Shown in pieces: positions 11,206-23,454 of a stretch of 64,000 nt of DNA (position 1 is its first letter; every line of letters begins with the position of its first letter). The translations under genes and the position numbers were made by a program. The DNA lies in NCBI RefSeq assembly GCF_902728285.1, contig NW_027104472.1, forward strand, positions 1,127,681-1,191,680. Direction: 5' to 3'. The DNA comes from Clytia hemisphaerica (taxonomy: Eukaryota). The notes under the pieces were generated by a model. That model was not told the DNA's origin, made no database searches, and was given only the letters and a program-made list of their open reading frames with translations.

Positions 11206-11747
11206 TCGTGCAGAATATTTACAAAAGATTAGCCTAAACATTCTGTTTTTATAAAAACAATTTTATAAGAACACGAGGATGAAAATTGGCCAAAAGCAAA
11301 GAACAAATTAAGAAGAATTTGAGCCTCCATTTCATAAAATACTAAGACAGTACTGATTTTAACAAATGTTAACAGCTTTTAACAAATTTTAAGTGATGTA
11401 AAGACAATAAGCGTTTTAAGAAGATCGTTAGAATAAATAAGCCTGGAAATTTCAAAAAATTAAGAACATCCCAGTCTGAGTCAAAATTTACTGGTTCTTA
11501 TAAAAAAACTCTAAAAAACAATAAAATAAGCAACCAAATTTTTGAGGCTCAGCATGATTCTTAACAATTATAAAAACTGTTCAAAAATAGGCTTTGTGAT
11601 TCTTATAAAAAAAATACTTGTGTATACTTACCCTTACTACATTGATAACGGGTTGGCCCACAGGTATCTTCGCATCTTTCGTTCTCTAGACATGAAGGCT
11701 TATTCGCTGTACACCAACGTCCCAACTAAAAAAAAGCAAAAGGTTTA

Positions 11748-12064
11748 CTTTAATGGGATAAACTTTTGTGGGGACTTAATTTCGCGGGAGGCACTATTTG
11801 GTGGCGATATTTTCACGATTTTTTGTGACTTTTACCGCCAAATCATGCATGTTGGTTGTTGAAATACACATTATTAGCGCTTCTTTCATGCAAGTAAACA
11901 TTCAAATAGTATTTATCTGACATTTTTGAGTTTTGTTTAGAAATATTTCGCGGAAGAGGCCCTTCCAAATTTCCATTGGGACTTAATTTCGCGGATTTTC
12001 GTGGATGACACCCAAATCCGTGAAATCCGCGAAATTTAATCCCCGCGAAAGTTTATCCCATAAA
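11748..12064. mobile_element. MITE family E (TIR ctttaatgggataaa...), copy 1
   Basis: ctttaatgggataaacttttgtggggacttaatttcgcggg ... cgcgaaatttaatccccgcgaaagtttatcccataaag. An inverted full copy lies at 57513-57854 and a fragmented copy at 62418-62852. Confidence 0.7.
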
Positions 12065-12158
12065 GTATTAGAAAGCCTATACTTTGTTGAACGCGCCCTC
12101 CAGACCCAAAACTTTGAAACTGTACTCAGCAGGTGAAAAATAGTAGCTCTAGAACACT

Positions 12159-12450
12159 CCATCTCACAGACTCACTGGGTCCCCTTCCAACTGGAAAAAT
12201 TTTCCAAAATATCGTCCCCGGTGGAAAATTATCCTCCAATTTTTGTCCCCGCTGAAAATAATTAGATAAACAAATCCTCACTGCAAAATGTTATGCCATT
12301 TTTTCCATCCCCACTGAACCATCAATCCACAAAAGGATTGAAATCCCCAGTCATAAAAAATATGGGAATATCAATCCCCATCAAGTTTCAGTCCGTTATT
12401 TTTGTCCCCAATGGCGGAAAAAATCTTACCATATCTGTAAGAAAGGGGTG
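12159..12450. mobile_element. MITE family D copy 2, flanked by 87-bp direct repeats
   Basis: Collinear with 3897-4190. Direct repeats tagaaagcctatactttgttga..gcgccctccagacccaaaactttgaaa.tgta.tca.caggtgaaaa..agtagctctaga at 12068-12150 and 12457-12540. Confidence 0.6.
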
Positions 12451-12563
12451 TTTAGAAAGCCTATACTTTGTTGATAGCGCCCTCCAGACCCAAAACTTTG
12501 AAATTGTATTCATCAGGTGAAAAGGAGTAGCTCTAGACAGTTTGAGAGCTCAAATTCAGACGT

Positions 12564-12856
12564 TTTAGGTAATTATTTCAAGTTTTTATACGAAATATAC
12601 TTTCAAGAGAAAATTTTTTGGTGATTTAATAAAATTTCTAAATTTGGCGAGAATTAATTTTGGCGAACGACCCATTTTTTGTTGAATATTTAAGTTAAGA
12701 TTAAAAAGGATGAAAAAGCGTTTTTTAGGAGAAATAGAGACTAAATTGAAAGAAAAATTAAATTTGACGAGAATCAATTATGGCGAATGACCTATAAATC
12801 TAAATTTGGCGGGAAGAAATGTCTTTCCGCCAAAATTTCTTCTCTTAAAGGTAATA
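12564..12856. mobile_element. MITE family F (aatttggcg(g/a) motifs, hairpin end ggcgggaa..ccgccaaa), copy 1
   Basis: Both copies begin right after ttttaggta and end with a ggcgggaa...ttccgccaaaatttcttc hairpin. The second copy lies at 32724-33050. Confidence 0.55.
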
Positions 12857-12945
12857 CGTGTTTACTCATTGTCGCTAGGACTAAAAAAGTTTTCTCAAAT
12901 ATCAAAAAGCTTTTAAAAGGAAAATGTTAAAATGATGTACTTTAC

Positions 12946-13296
12946 CTGTTTTGCAGTATAGTCTGTTTCATAATGGTGCCATCCAGGAGCTAAAAGAAGT
13001 GTCGTATTCTTTACCGGGTTAAACACTTGAATGGCCACGCCCAACAATTCGCATGTCGAGTTGTCTCGCCTGTAATTCACAGTTAAACATACCGAATGGT
13101 AAAGACATTTTGTTAAACAACCTCTTAACGAGATTGTTTCTATAACAACTAACATATCTCCGATGAGACGATGGTTGTACTTTATCTTAGAAAATTTTCC
13201 ATCATAGTTGTTACACTCGCTTAATTTTAACATGTGTGTGACACAACCACTAACAAAAAGGCTGAGTAGACATAAAACGAGCGATGAAAACTCCAT
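12946..13296 (-). CDS. First coding exon of a secreted PAN/apple-domain protein (minus strand)
   Basis: ATG at 13296. Translation MEFSSLVLCLLSLFVSGCVTHMLKLSECNNYDGKFSKIKYNHRLIGDMLVVIETISLRGCLTKCLYHSVCLTVNYRRDNSTCELLGVAIQVFNPVKNTTLLLAPGWHHYETDYTAKQ. Signal peptide followed by a PAN/apple-type cysteine pattern C..C...C.C...C. Donor CAG|GTAAAG (minus) at 12945, phase 0. Confidence 0.5.
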
Positions 13297-14632
13297 TGTG
13301 TATTGCTGCTTTTATTCTATGTATTTTACGTTTATCGCTCGTACTATTGCAATGGATTTCGATATTTCTGTAGATAACAGCTCTAGTATCGCCAACCTCA
13401 CTCTCGTCTCAACATGTCCCTGCTGAATATTTATAAAAGTCGCTACGAAAATAAAATGAAGAAATTTACTTCCTTGAAAGTCTTATATTGAAAATTTTCA
13501 TTCATCATTCATGGCAGTTCTTCATAATGGTAAATCGTTGTTAGATAAAATTACACATATTGTTGTTTCAACGTCTATCCAACGTCATATGGATGTTATT
13601 TGGACGTTTTGTGCAAGTTCAATGGAGGGGTAATCAAAGATTCTTTGCATAGGGGTTACTATGACAGTTATTCTTTCTTCTACTTCACATTTACTATTAT
13701 GTCATACTGGGTAACATAGTATTTTTGAGGTTGTCTGGGAATTGTTCTTGGTTACGAAAGTGTTTAGTATAAACAGGGGTGTTGTAGGGGTTCGAAATAC
13801 TGTTTTCCCGTCAAAATTTTTGCTGACTCCCGGAATTCCGGAAATTAAAAAAAATAACAACACGTTCACACCGGTTTGTAGAGGATAAAATAACGGCATA
13901 ATGACGAAAAATAAGGCTGAACAGAGGCGGATCTGGGATTTTTCTGAGGGGGTTCAAAAATCTCTTTTCAAAAAAAATTTTTCGGAACAAACGTTTTGGA
14001 CGTAAATTTTGCACCCGCCCGGTTTGGGCGGTGTCACCTTTTTTCCATTCAACATAGGGGACGTTAATGAGCGCCTGCACGTCTGCAGTTCCCATTACCT
14101 ATGAACTCCAAACATAGGCCTCAGCGGGTTAACATGCGCTGAAAGGAGGGTGTCAGGCCAATTTTTTTTTTGACCCGGCTTGAACAGCCAGACGCTGAAC
14201 GTGTAATAATCGTTTGTGGTGATATTCATATATACATTGGGAAATTCCCTAACTGCAATTGCGCACATAAAACGTACATAAAACGCACATAAAACGTTCA
14301 TAAAACGGAAATATAGTTTGAGCAAAGAAAAAGAGTATTATATTTCTTTGGTTTGATTGACCTTTTATTTTGATAAAACAGACACCCAGATCATGCTCAA
14401 AACTGCTTGTTTGGTGTATATTCTTTTATATATTCATGGTTCTTGCAGAAAATGTTTTTGAGAAAGCCATGGATAAAAGAGCAAATAAATGGTGTTGAAG
14501 AAAAGTTTGAAGAAAAAATAAAACAATTTATAATATAAATACACTTCAGTTTCATTTCGTGAATGTTTAAAACATAGTAAAAAAGTTCGATAATTTATTC
14601 TTATAACCATTTTTTATGGAATTTCTTTGTAG

Positions 14633-14920
14633 CGAATTACTCTCGGGTACCTAATAGCCGGGGGGGTTGGAATAAGCAGGGGGTTTGGAAAAAATCTCAA
14701 AATTTAATAAGCGGGGGGGTTGGAATAAAAATGTCCTGGGTGGAAAATGTTTGAAAAGGAGGCTAATACAGCAGAATTAAGACAAAAAAGGGAACTGTCA
14801 AAAACATTTTCCCAAAAATTAATAAGCGGGGGGGTTGGAATAAGAATGTCCTGGGTGGAAAATTTTCGAAAAATTAATTAGCGGGGGGGGGGACGGCTAT
14901 TAGGTACTCGAGAGTAATTG
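14633..14920. mobile_element. MITE family G (TIR aattactctcgggtacctaatagccgg) with poly-G tracts
   Basis: gaattactctcgggtacctaatagccggggggg at 14634 onward versus ggctattaggtactcgagagtaattg at 14895-14920. Internal repeats taagcgggggggttggaataa. An inverted, truncated copy lies at 21700-21950. Confidence 0.7.
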
Positions 14921-15886
14921 GCTGACAATCGAGCAAAAACTTTTCATGTTGAGTATGTTTACATTATAAAACCAGAAATGAATAATATTTTGAAAACAGT
15001 GATCAAGTTAAAAAATAAAGGAGATTATTTATATAATACATATAATACAAGGGAATACAATAAGATGGAATAATAAAAGATTGCCAAAAAGTACACCATG
15101 AGAATTGATATAATGTGTTTTATGTGCAAATAGACTCAAGAAATTCTAGCTCTCATTCAGAAATTAGATGAATAATCTCATAAAAAAGTACTTTTTACAT
15201 TCAAAGTAAAAAGTTTGATGTTTTTAAGAATTATTAAAGGTACTAACAGTAATCATCAACAATCTGTAGGAAAGCACTTTTTCAACTTTTTCAATTGTAT
15301 GGAGTGTTGTTTATAATTCTATTGTAGAGATTGTTGTTATATATCATTTCAAAAATTCTGCATTCAATTGTACTCTTTTATGCTTACTTGTAGGGGGTGG
15401 AAGATGCAGGGGCAGTACTCTCAGAGAAAATTCATAAAATGGGGGGTCATTATTAACTGATTTTGGGGGGATTTTCCCAAAAAAACCCAAGGAAAATGAA
15501 GGTTTATGGCACTTTATCAGGAAAATTTCATAAATTGGAGGTCATTACAAAATGCTAATTGGGTGATTTTTACCAAAAAATTGCAAAACTACCACCTACA
15601 ATTTTAAGCACAAGAGGGTAATTTTTTCAGAGGTCACCAATGTCTCTTTTTGTATAAAAGTACCATATTATGACATGACGAAACCCAAAATATTTCCTCG
15701 CATCACATTATCTTGAAGCATGCATGAAGGTTCACCTTTCCAGAAATTTCATTCTTCAACCAAATTCAATCAAATTGCTAAAATGTTGTTCCCTAACCGA
15801 ACCTTTCTTCCAGTCTCTGTTATAAAACAAAGTTGTTCTTGTTTTTCTATAATAGTTTTCAAAAATAAAGCTAGCTAGCTTTTTTT

Positions 15887-16085
15887 CCATGTGAAATTTA
15901 TCAATGTCCAATGATGGGAGAAGAATCTCTCGAAACGTAGCCATGTGAAATTCATCAATGTCCAATGATGGAGAAGACTCTCTTGAAACGTAGCCAATCG
16001 CAAATCACGTGATCCATACATAGCTAGGTAGATTTTTTCCCCGTGATATTCCCGATGTCCGATGAGGGGAGAAGAGCCAAACGTA
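15887..16085. repeat. About 57-bp direct repeat, 2.5 copies, adjoining the satellite
   Basis: ccatgtgaaattt/catcaatgtccaatgatgg(g)agaaga(a)tctct(c/t)gaaacgtagcc twice, then a diverged third unit. Confidence 0.5.
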
Positions 16086-16199
16086 AATCTCGTGATTATA
16101 TTCAAGACACGATGAACTTCCACCAAATATTCACAATTCTGCACAATAGTCGAACGTGCGCAACGCACTGGGCTCAACTTCAGTGGCTTCAAATTATTC

Positions 16200-17088
16200 A
16201 TAGGCCCAATTGTAGACCCCAAGATATTCACCCAATGAACAAGTGTGCCAAATTTCAACCAAATCCGACCATTTAGGAGGCCTGTAGGCTGCTCCAAAGC
16301 TTTAGCCTCGTTTTGGCAAAAAACTCGTCCCCATGCCCCAAAAATCAAAATTTTTGAAAAATGCAAAAACCACACCCAGATATTCACCCAAGGAACAATT
16401 GTGCAGAATTTCAGCCAAATCAAACAATTTTTGAAGTCTCCAGGCTGCCCTAAGGTTTTAGCCTCGTTTTGGCGAAAAACTCGTCCCCAGGCCCCAAAAA
16501 TCAAAATTTTCAAAAAATGAAAAAAACACCCCCAGATATTCACCCAAGGAACAAGTGTGCAAAATTTCAGCCAAATCGAACAATTTTTGAAGTCTCCAGG
16601 CTGCCCCAAAGTTTTAGCCTCGTTTTGGCGAAAAACTCGTCCCAGGCCCCAAAAATCAAAATTTTTGAAAAATGAAAAAAACACCCCCAGATATTCACCC
16701 AAGGAACAAGTGTGCCAAATTTCAGCCAAATCGAACAATTTTTGAAGTCTCCAGGCTGCCCCAAAGTTTTAGCCTCGTTTTGGCGAAAAACTCGTCCCAG
16801 GCCCCAAAAATCAACATTTTTGAAAAAATGAAAAAAACACCCCCAGATATTCACCCAAGGAACAAGTGTGCCAAATTTCAGCCAAATCGAACAATTTTTG
16901 AAGTCTCCAGGCTGCCCCAAAGTTTTAGCCTCGTTTTGGCGAAAAACTCGTCCCAGGCCCCAAAAATCAACATTTTTGAAAAATGAAAAAAACACCCCCA
17001 GATATTCACCCAAGGAACAAGTGTGCCAAATTTCAGCCAAATCAAACAATTTTTGAAGTCTCCAGGCTGCCCCAAAGTTTTGGGACAT
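16200..17088. repeat. Satellite, about 155-bp unit, about 5.7 tandem copies
   Basis: Unit cagatattcacccaaggaacaagtgtgccaaatttcagccaaatcgaacaatttttgaagtctccaggctgccccaaagttttagcctcgttttggcgaaaaactcgtcccaggccccaaaaatcaaaatttttgaaaaatgaaaaaaacaccc. The first two units are more diverged than the rest. ORF-track proteins 15875..16738, 16567..17118 and 16672..16986 are translations of this array. Confidence 0.9.
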
Positions 17089-17119
17089 ACACACACACAG
17101 ACAGACACACACACACACA
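17087..17119. repeat. (CA)n / (ACAG)n microsatellite capping the satellite array
   Basis: acacacacacagacagacacacacacacacacat. Confidence 0.9.
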
Positions 17120-18496
17120 TTGTCAGATTCTAACTCAACTGAAGTTGAGAATTAAAGTCCTTTCCCATAAAAAATTCCAAACTTCATTTATCAAGCAAAA
17201 TTTATTTAAGTTTTGTTTTTGTTGGTATGAATGCTTCTCCTCTAAAGATAAACCAAAACAAAAATGTTTCCTCAGAATGAAAGTCGCCTTTTCTTTTTCT
17301 TTTGTCACTCTTCACCACACCAAACAAAATTAAAGCAGATGAAAATTCCATCACACAGAGCCTTTGTCAAAATCATCATACATTGATTGATATTGTTGTG
17401 TGATTCTCTCAAATTTACTGATTAAATTGAACCAAAAATGTCCTCAAAAAGATAAGTAATTGCCTGATTATTAACACTTTTCAGGGCTTCAATTCCTTTC
17501 TTTAAAACGCTGCATTGAACGCTTGCAAAGAAGTGAGGTCGTTTGCCGTACGAATGGCTACCCTTCAAATCATTTCAATATTTTGCCGGCGACGACATGC
17601 GACTGAATGTTATTTTTGTAGGAAAATCTTTTACGCTCAAAACGGTCGGTCAGGTTCGGTCTCGTATTTTTCGAGAAATTTCCTTGAACCACCTCAAATT
17701 TGCCATTTCACTGGATGCATTTTCTGAACCAGGTTCAAAATTAAAGATTTCCTAGCACAGAAGCAGCTAGATATGTAATCCCGCAAAAAAAAATCATAAC
17801 AAAGATTTTTTACAGCGCGGGAAAGCTAGCTACGCCGTACACACATAACCTAAAGATTTTTTAGCGCGGAAAAAGCTAATTTTGTCGCGCGCGCCACGGA
17901 ATCGCACGCCACATGCATACAACCCCTGGTAAAATAATATCGAGATATGACCAAGAAGAAAAATCAGCTCCGATCAGAAAACTAGATTTCACTTGAAGAA
18001 AGGGTCTTTGTATTTTTATTTACTAAAAGGGTTGGGGTGGTTCAGCTGAACCATTTGAACCCCCTCAGATCCGCCGCTGGAATACCGTTTTCCCGTCTCT
18101 TTTTTCGTCAAATCCCGTAATACTGTACTAAAATAGGGCCAATTCCGTCACACCGTAAAAGTACAAACCCCCTGAACATATTTACATGTACATATTTTTA
18201 TATTTTGGTGATAACAACATTACATACTTCAAAGATCGGATTTTTCTTAAATCAGCTTGTGCCAACCTTTTTAGATTTTGTTTTGGAAACGATTTGAACT
18301 CAAACACGCCTACCTCCTTCCAAAAACCATGGTAAATAGGATATCAAGCAAACTTAGAAAACTTTTCAAAAGATTTCTATAAACTCAAAAAAATTAATAG
18401 ATTTAACTTATTATTTAATATTATACAAAATAATTATTTCGCATTATTTTGAACAGAAAATAAAACGCCAGTAAGTATCACGAAATCTTTTAAAAC

Positions 18497-18733
18497 ACCC
18501 CTGTCTCACAACCCCGGTGAAACTTTTTCCACAGCGGGGATAAAAATTATATTGTCCCAAGGTTAAAAAATCCAATGCGAATGGTTTTGGACTGTTTTAA
18601 GCATTGAATTTCGAATGGGGGATGAAATCAAAGTCAATTTCTCAGTGGGGCTGGAATTCTAAGGCATTTTTTTCCACCGGGGACGAAATTTTTGCCAAAT
18701 TTTACAGTCAGCGGGTGTGTGACACAGGGGTGT
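18497..18733. mobile_element. MITE family D copy 3 (perfect TIRs)
   Basis: cacccctgtctcacaa ... tgtgacacaggggtg. Confidence 0.65.
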
Positions 18734-18865
18734 TTAACATTTCACTAGTTCTACCCTCTAAAATTGCCACTATACTTCTTTGTCTTGATCTCAGTAGTTA
18801 CATAATCAGCGATTCCTATACTCATACTGACCTTCATTTCACCGACAGATCCGGGAAGTCCTAAC

Positions 18866-18929
18866 ATGGGATTTGACGATGACGAAAGAAATTTATTACG
18901 TCCACAGTCCACTTCATCTCTACCAAAAG
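18866..18929 (+). CDS. Small 3-exon gene, exon 1 (ATG start), unknown about 107-aa protein
   Basis: ATG at 18866, the first Met of a frame open since 18806. Translation MGFDDDERNLLRPQSTSSLPK(G). Donor G|GTAAAT at 18930, phase 1. Confidence 0.45.
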
Positions 18930-18959
18930 GTAAATTACATCTCTTCATAGACTACACAG

Positions 18960-19064
18960 TAACCTCGTCTTCGTTTATCCCAGGTTTTATTTACGTTACT
19001 GAGAATATTTTCTGGCGCTACCAGCAAACATGAAAAATCCGATAATACACGGGGAACGAGGTTG
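18960..19064. mobile_element. MITE family H (TIR caacctcgtccccgtgtat), copy in intron 1 of the small gene
   Basis: aacctcgtcttcgtttatcccaggttttatttacgttactga...atacacggggaacgaggttg. Other copies lie at 20599-20717 and 27611-27742. Confidence 0.7.
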
Positions 19065-19184
19065 AACGGACATTGATGATAGTCTACTAATGCATAAAAG
19101 TAGGTGTTTTGAGTCGATATCGATGGGATATTTCAGATGTTACTCAATTTAGACACTCTTGACAAATTCAGGACACTCTTGATT

Positions 19185-19335
19185 CATGATATTCATGACG
19201 TTATGTTTTATACGGAAAGTCACCGGTTTTTGCCAGTAGTGGCCAATTTTATACAACTTTTGTCTAGTTTAAATTTGTCACTACTGGCTAAAACCGGGTA
19301 TTTCTGTAGAAAACATTATGTCATGAATATCATAA
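19185..19335. mobile_element. Hairpin MITE family A, copy 2
   Basis: tcatgacgttatgttttatacggaaagtcaccggtttttgccagtag versus ctactggctaaaaccgggtatttctgtagaaaacattatgtcatga. Confidence 0.7.
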
Positions 19336-19396
19336 ACTACCAAACAAAGGATGTATTGAAATCATGATATGATCTCTCAATATCGCATCTTTGTAG

Positions 19397-19513
19397 GCTC
19401 TCCTTCAATATCGTTGAAAAGTTTGACACCGAAAGCACTGAAGAAGAACAATAAATCTAAACAAGAATTTCAAAGCAATGAAGCACTACTACAACATCGG
19501 CGTTCATTACAAG
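19397..19513 (+). CDS. Small 3-exon gene, exon 2
   Basis: Acceptor tctttgtag (ag at 19395-19396). Translation (G)SPSISLKSLTPKALKKNNKSKQEFQSNEALLQHRRSLQ(G). Donor G|GTAGTA at 19514. Phase is consistent on both sides. Confidence 0.45.
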
Positions 19514-20598
19514 GTAGTATTTGCATTGTTCTCCGGCCTTACGTCCATAGAAAACGTTTATCTAACGTAAGGTGGACGATAAAATACCGTTGTTTATGAA
19601 TTTAGATTTGTAGGCAAATCGGGCTGGAACAGAAACCACCTAACTTAGGGAAAATGAGCGCAGGAGTTAGGTAAGCGTAGAAAAAAATTGTCGGTGAGAA
19701 GAGCTAAAAGCTTAATCAGCTTCTTGTCATCAACTTTTGCTCGTTCTCCTACGCCCGCTTCCCTTATGTTACCATACCACGCTGTGACATAAGTAATTAA
19801 CAGACTAGCTTCTAATGTATTATCCATCCGGCAATCGTAGTGGGAGTAACATTTTAGAGATTCCAAAAGAATCACCCAAAAACAGTTCTTTATAACCCCT
19901 AAATTCTCTCCTTATTACCCCTGACGGATTGTTATATCCAATTCTATAATTAAGGAAACAAATTAGGTAGTTCCTGTATTCAAGATCAGTTAAGGATGGG
20001 TAAATGTATCCTTTTAACCCTTTGAAACTCTTGACAGAATCCCTGAATCTCAATTTATTAGAGAGGTGTCACCAGGCCTTTATGATTGTTCCTCTACAAT
20101 TTTAGGGTCACGTTCCATAAAAGACGTCATGAAAACGGACAACGGTGGACCACGTTACGTCAAGTCAGATGACGTAAAACGAATCAGCCAAAACAGTGAT
20201 AGGCAAAGCCAACACGGAGAGGGTAGGTTAGTGTTATCCAGACCAGCAAAAAACGTCAAAACAACGGGTAGATCCCGTCTTGGGATCAGATATTTTCATC
20301 GAAAAATATTGTAGAATGTCTAATATTGTAACGCTCGTGAGAGTTACTCAAGGAATGACTTTTAATTTGACCAAAAACAGAGCTTATCGAACAGTAAATT
20401 GTATTGACTGTACGTAGACTTGGCTAAAATCAGCAGCCTCTCGCCAACTTTGGCTCGTTCTCCTCCGCAGTTCCTATTCTAGCAAACACCCACCGCCTTT
20501 ATGATGCTCCCGCCCTCTGACATGATTTATTAACAGACTAGCTTGCTAATCTAGACTGTACGCTGTTTTGATTTTATACCATTAATGATACACAATAT

Positions 20599-20717
20599 TA
20601 ACCTCGTTCCCTGTGTATTATCAGCGTTTTGATGCTTACTGATATGGCGCTAGATAATAATTCTCTGGCATCAATCAGTTACGTAAATAAAGCCTTGGAT
20701 ACACGGGGACGAGGTTG
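20599..20717. mobile_element. MITE family H, copy in intron 2 of the small gene
   Basis: aacctcgttccctgtgtattatcagcg...ggatacacggggacgaggttg. Confidence 0.7.
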
Positions 20718-20742
20718 ACACAATATATCTATCTTCTTACAG

Positions 20743-20885
20743 GTCATGAAGATAAACCAGAATATATTGGAGCATTCCGACCAACGAGTGAATTTCTACC
20801 GTTTCACGGGTATGGTGAAAGTATACAAGCTAATGACCCTGATGAAGCGAAACTGATCAAAAAAATTATTGAAGAATCGAACTAG
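20743..20885 (+). CDS. Small 3-exon gene, terminal exon
   Basis: Acceptor ttcttacag (ag at 20741-20742). Translation (G)HEDKPEYIGAFRPTSEFLPFHGYGESIQANDPDEAKLIKKIIEESN then TAG at 20883-20885. Confidence 0.45.
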
Positions 20886-21699
20886 AACTTCAAGTATGTC
20901 AAGGGCATTGTTAATGTAACGTCCGTAATATCCAAATGCTAGAGCTTAAAATAACGGTGTGTGCCCATTGGGTCTATCATCAAGGATATTGGGAACGAGT
21001 AGTGGTGCGATTGACATCGTGAGTTTTGGTTTAAACACTCCATGGGAAATCAACCTAGTGCATTCGTTCTTCTTTAAGGGCTCTGACCATAGTGTTTAAA
21101 ATGTGTTTTCTGACTGATGTAACGAACAAAACTATGGCATGTTATACATTTTCTGTTAGACAAACTATTTCTGAATCTGAAAATTTAAAAATTGCATTGA
21201 AAAAAATTGATGAAGAAGAAAATGAAGACATTCGCGAAGACAAGTATTTCAGCTTCGAGGAGCTTATTTTCAGCGAAGAAAAGGGATTTTGAAAATTTTT
21301 TTGCACTAAATGGTGTATCTTAAACCAAACTAACAATAGATTTTCTGTGGTTACAGGGATAGAAGAAAACTGGACTGCCGTGATGGGCTTTCACAATAGG
21401 CTTTTACAATTGCTAATAAGTAGAGAGAAAGAGACCATGCAAGAGGCTCCCTCCAGCGGTAACTCTGATCACGAAATCACGCAATTTTTTGTCTTCAAAC
21501 ATGATAACGTAAAACAGCTAAAAACTTGGATAATTACGCATCCCTTTGAAAAAAGTCCAAATCACGGCTCAAAAATTTTTACCTCTGATCACGCAATCAC
21601 GACAAATCACGTAATCACGCTATAAAAAGGTGCCCCTATTACGACATCACGCAAACCGCTTGGGGAACCTCATGCAATATTCTAGATTTTTTGCATTGT

Positions 21700-21950
21700 G
21701 TTACTCTCGGGTACCTAATAGCCGGGGGGCCCCGCTAATTAATTTTTCGAAAATTTTCCACCCAGGACATTCTTATTCCAACCCCCCTGCTTATTGATTT
21801 TTGGGAAAATTTTTTTTGAAAGTTCCCTCTTTTGCCCTAATTCTGTTGTATCAGCCTCCTTTTCGAACATTTTCCACCCAGGACATTTTAATTCCAACCC
21901 CCCCGCTTATTAAATTTTGAGATTTTTTCCAACCCCCCTGCTTATTCCAA
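21700..21950. mobile_element. MITE family G, inverted truncated copy
   Basis: gttactctcgggtacctaatagccggggggccccgctaattaatttttcgaaaattttccacccaggacattcttattccaacccccctgcttatt... Confidence 0.6.
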
Positions 21951-23454
21951 GGTTAAATCCCAAAGTCCAATTTTAAGTTTTAAGTGTATTTGGGTGATTT
22001 TCCCAATATCAACCCTTAGATTTTTTCATTTAAAATAAATTTATTTTTTGTAAGAATTTTCTCAGTAAATAAAAATTTGATATACCACGCATAATTATAA
22101 ACCTAATGTACATAGATAGTGTTCAGCTTGTTAATTTTTAATACCAAATTTATAATAGTTATTTTTTAATGTCTGTTTTTTGTTAAAGAAATTTTCAGCT
22201 TAATAAACTGTACCATAGTAGAATATATAACAGTCCAATAAAGTATAGGGGTAGCATGATTTTGTCGAGACTGTCATTCAAAAATTTTGGCAGGCTGTGC
22301 TCTAATTCTAATCATGTCTTTCTCAAAAATATTTCACTCACTCAGGGTATTCTTATCCCAACCGGGATCCCACCCCCATCCTGCTTATTTTAAGGCACCA
22401 AAGAATAGGTGAATCGCATCTAGCGACCATTCCAAAATCAATATACCGAGATTCATTTTTTGACCCCTTTGTATGGATCTACCTATACTTTATGTGAATC
22501 AACAGCAGTAGTAGTTCCCTACTTTATTCAAGTAATCTAAAAAGAAAAGAGGTCGAGTCTTAAATTTCAAATTTAATTGCAGGTTTAGTTTAGTTTAGTG
22601 TTTTCTTTTGAATTATGAATTAAACTTTCAACCAACGGTCTTGCCAGAAAAGGGAGAAAAGCATTTGATTGATTTTAAAAAGATTGTCGTTCCTTTATTT
22701 GGCGGTTGGTCACATGATTGTGACGCCTAGATTCACTTCCTAGGGTAGACTAATATGTTATAGTCTAAGACGAATCACTATCTAAGAAAAAAGCCCAAAG
22801 CCGAAGAAAATTCGCAAACGGATCTTTTTGCCGAAAAGAGTTTACAGTCGGTAGAGTTGCCAGTCTTCTTCGAAACTCTCCCGCCGATTTTTTTCCGTAT
22901 ATCGCCATAACGTCATACCGCCATTTTTCCCGCCTTTACTATCACTGTATGTAACGGACGATAACACCGTCTATTCCTAGGGCCTCTGATAGCTTTTGTA
23001 CTTACAGGGCCATTGTACTACGCATGCCGATCGGGTACCGTCTCTGATAGCCTTTGTACTTACGGGGACTCTGACATATGTCTACCGTTTACCTTACTTT
23101 CCTATAGGAGTGACCCCAATATCCGCCATACCACTTGTATATAGCACTGTAGCTTAAGGGTAAGACCAAAAGACATGTCGCCACCAGATATAAAGAACAT
23201 TGCAATCCCAAGAAACCCTCCGCGGTTACAACTCACATAATGACTGAAAATCATGATTTTTCCATAGATAATATAAAAGTTTTACATAGTAGTAATTATC
23301 GGATCGATGAAGAGCTTTATATAAAAGAAACGCTGATCATAAGGGAGCTCACACCGGACTTGAATGACTCTTCATTCCCCCTTGAGCTCTTTTAAGATGT
23401 ATGCGTTCCTTTGTGAAATTCAACAACTTGTAATTACCTGAAAGTAATTTTTAA

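Noticed and set aside
15875-17118. Long minus-strand and plus-strand ORFs of 287, 183, 104 and 91 aa
   Set aside because: They are translations of the 155-bp satellite. The peptides are internally periodic and every frame is open only because the unit lacks stops.
21092-21625. ORFs 21092..21292 and 21347..21625 (acidic, Glu-rich peptide; HDITQFF..)
   Set aside because: Short with no conserved motifs. The second contains an internal repeat, atcacg(c/a)aatcacg. Insufficient evidence for a gene.
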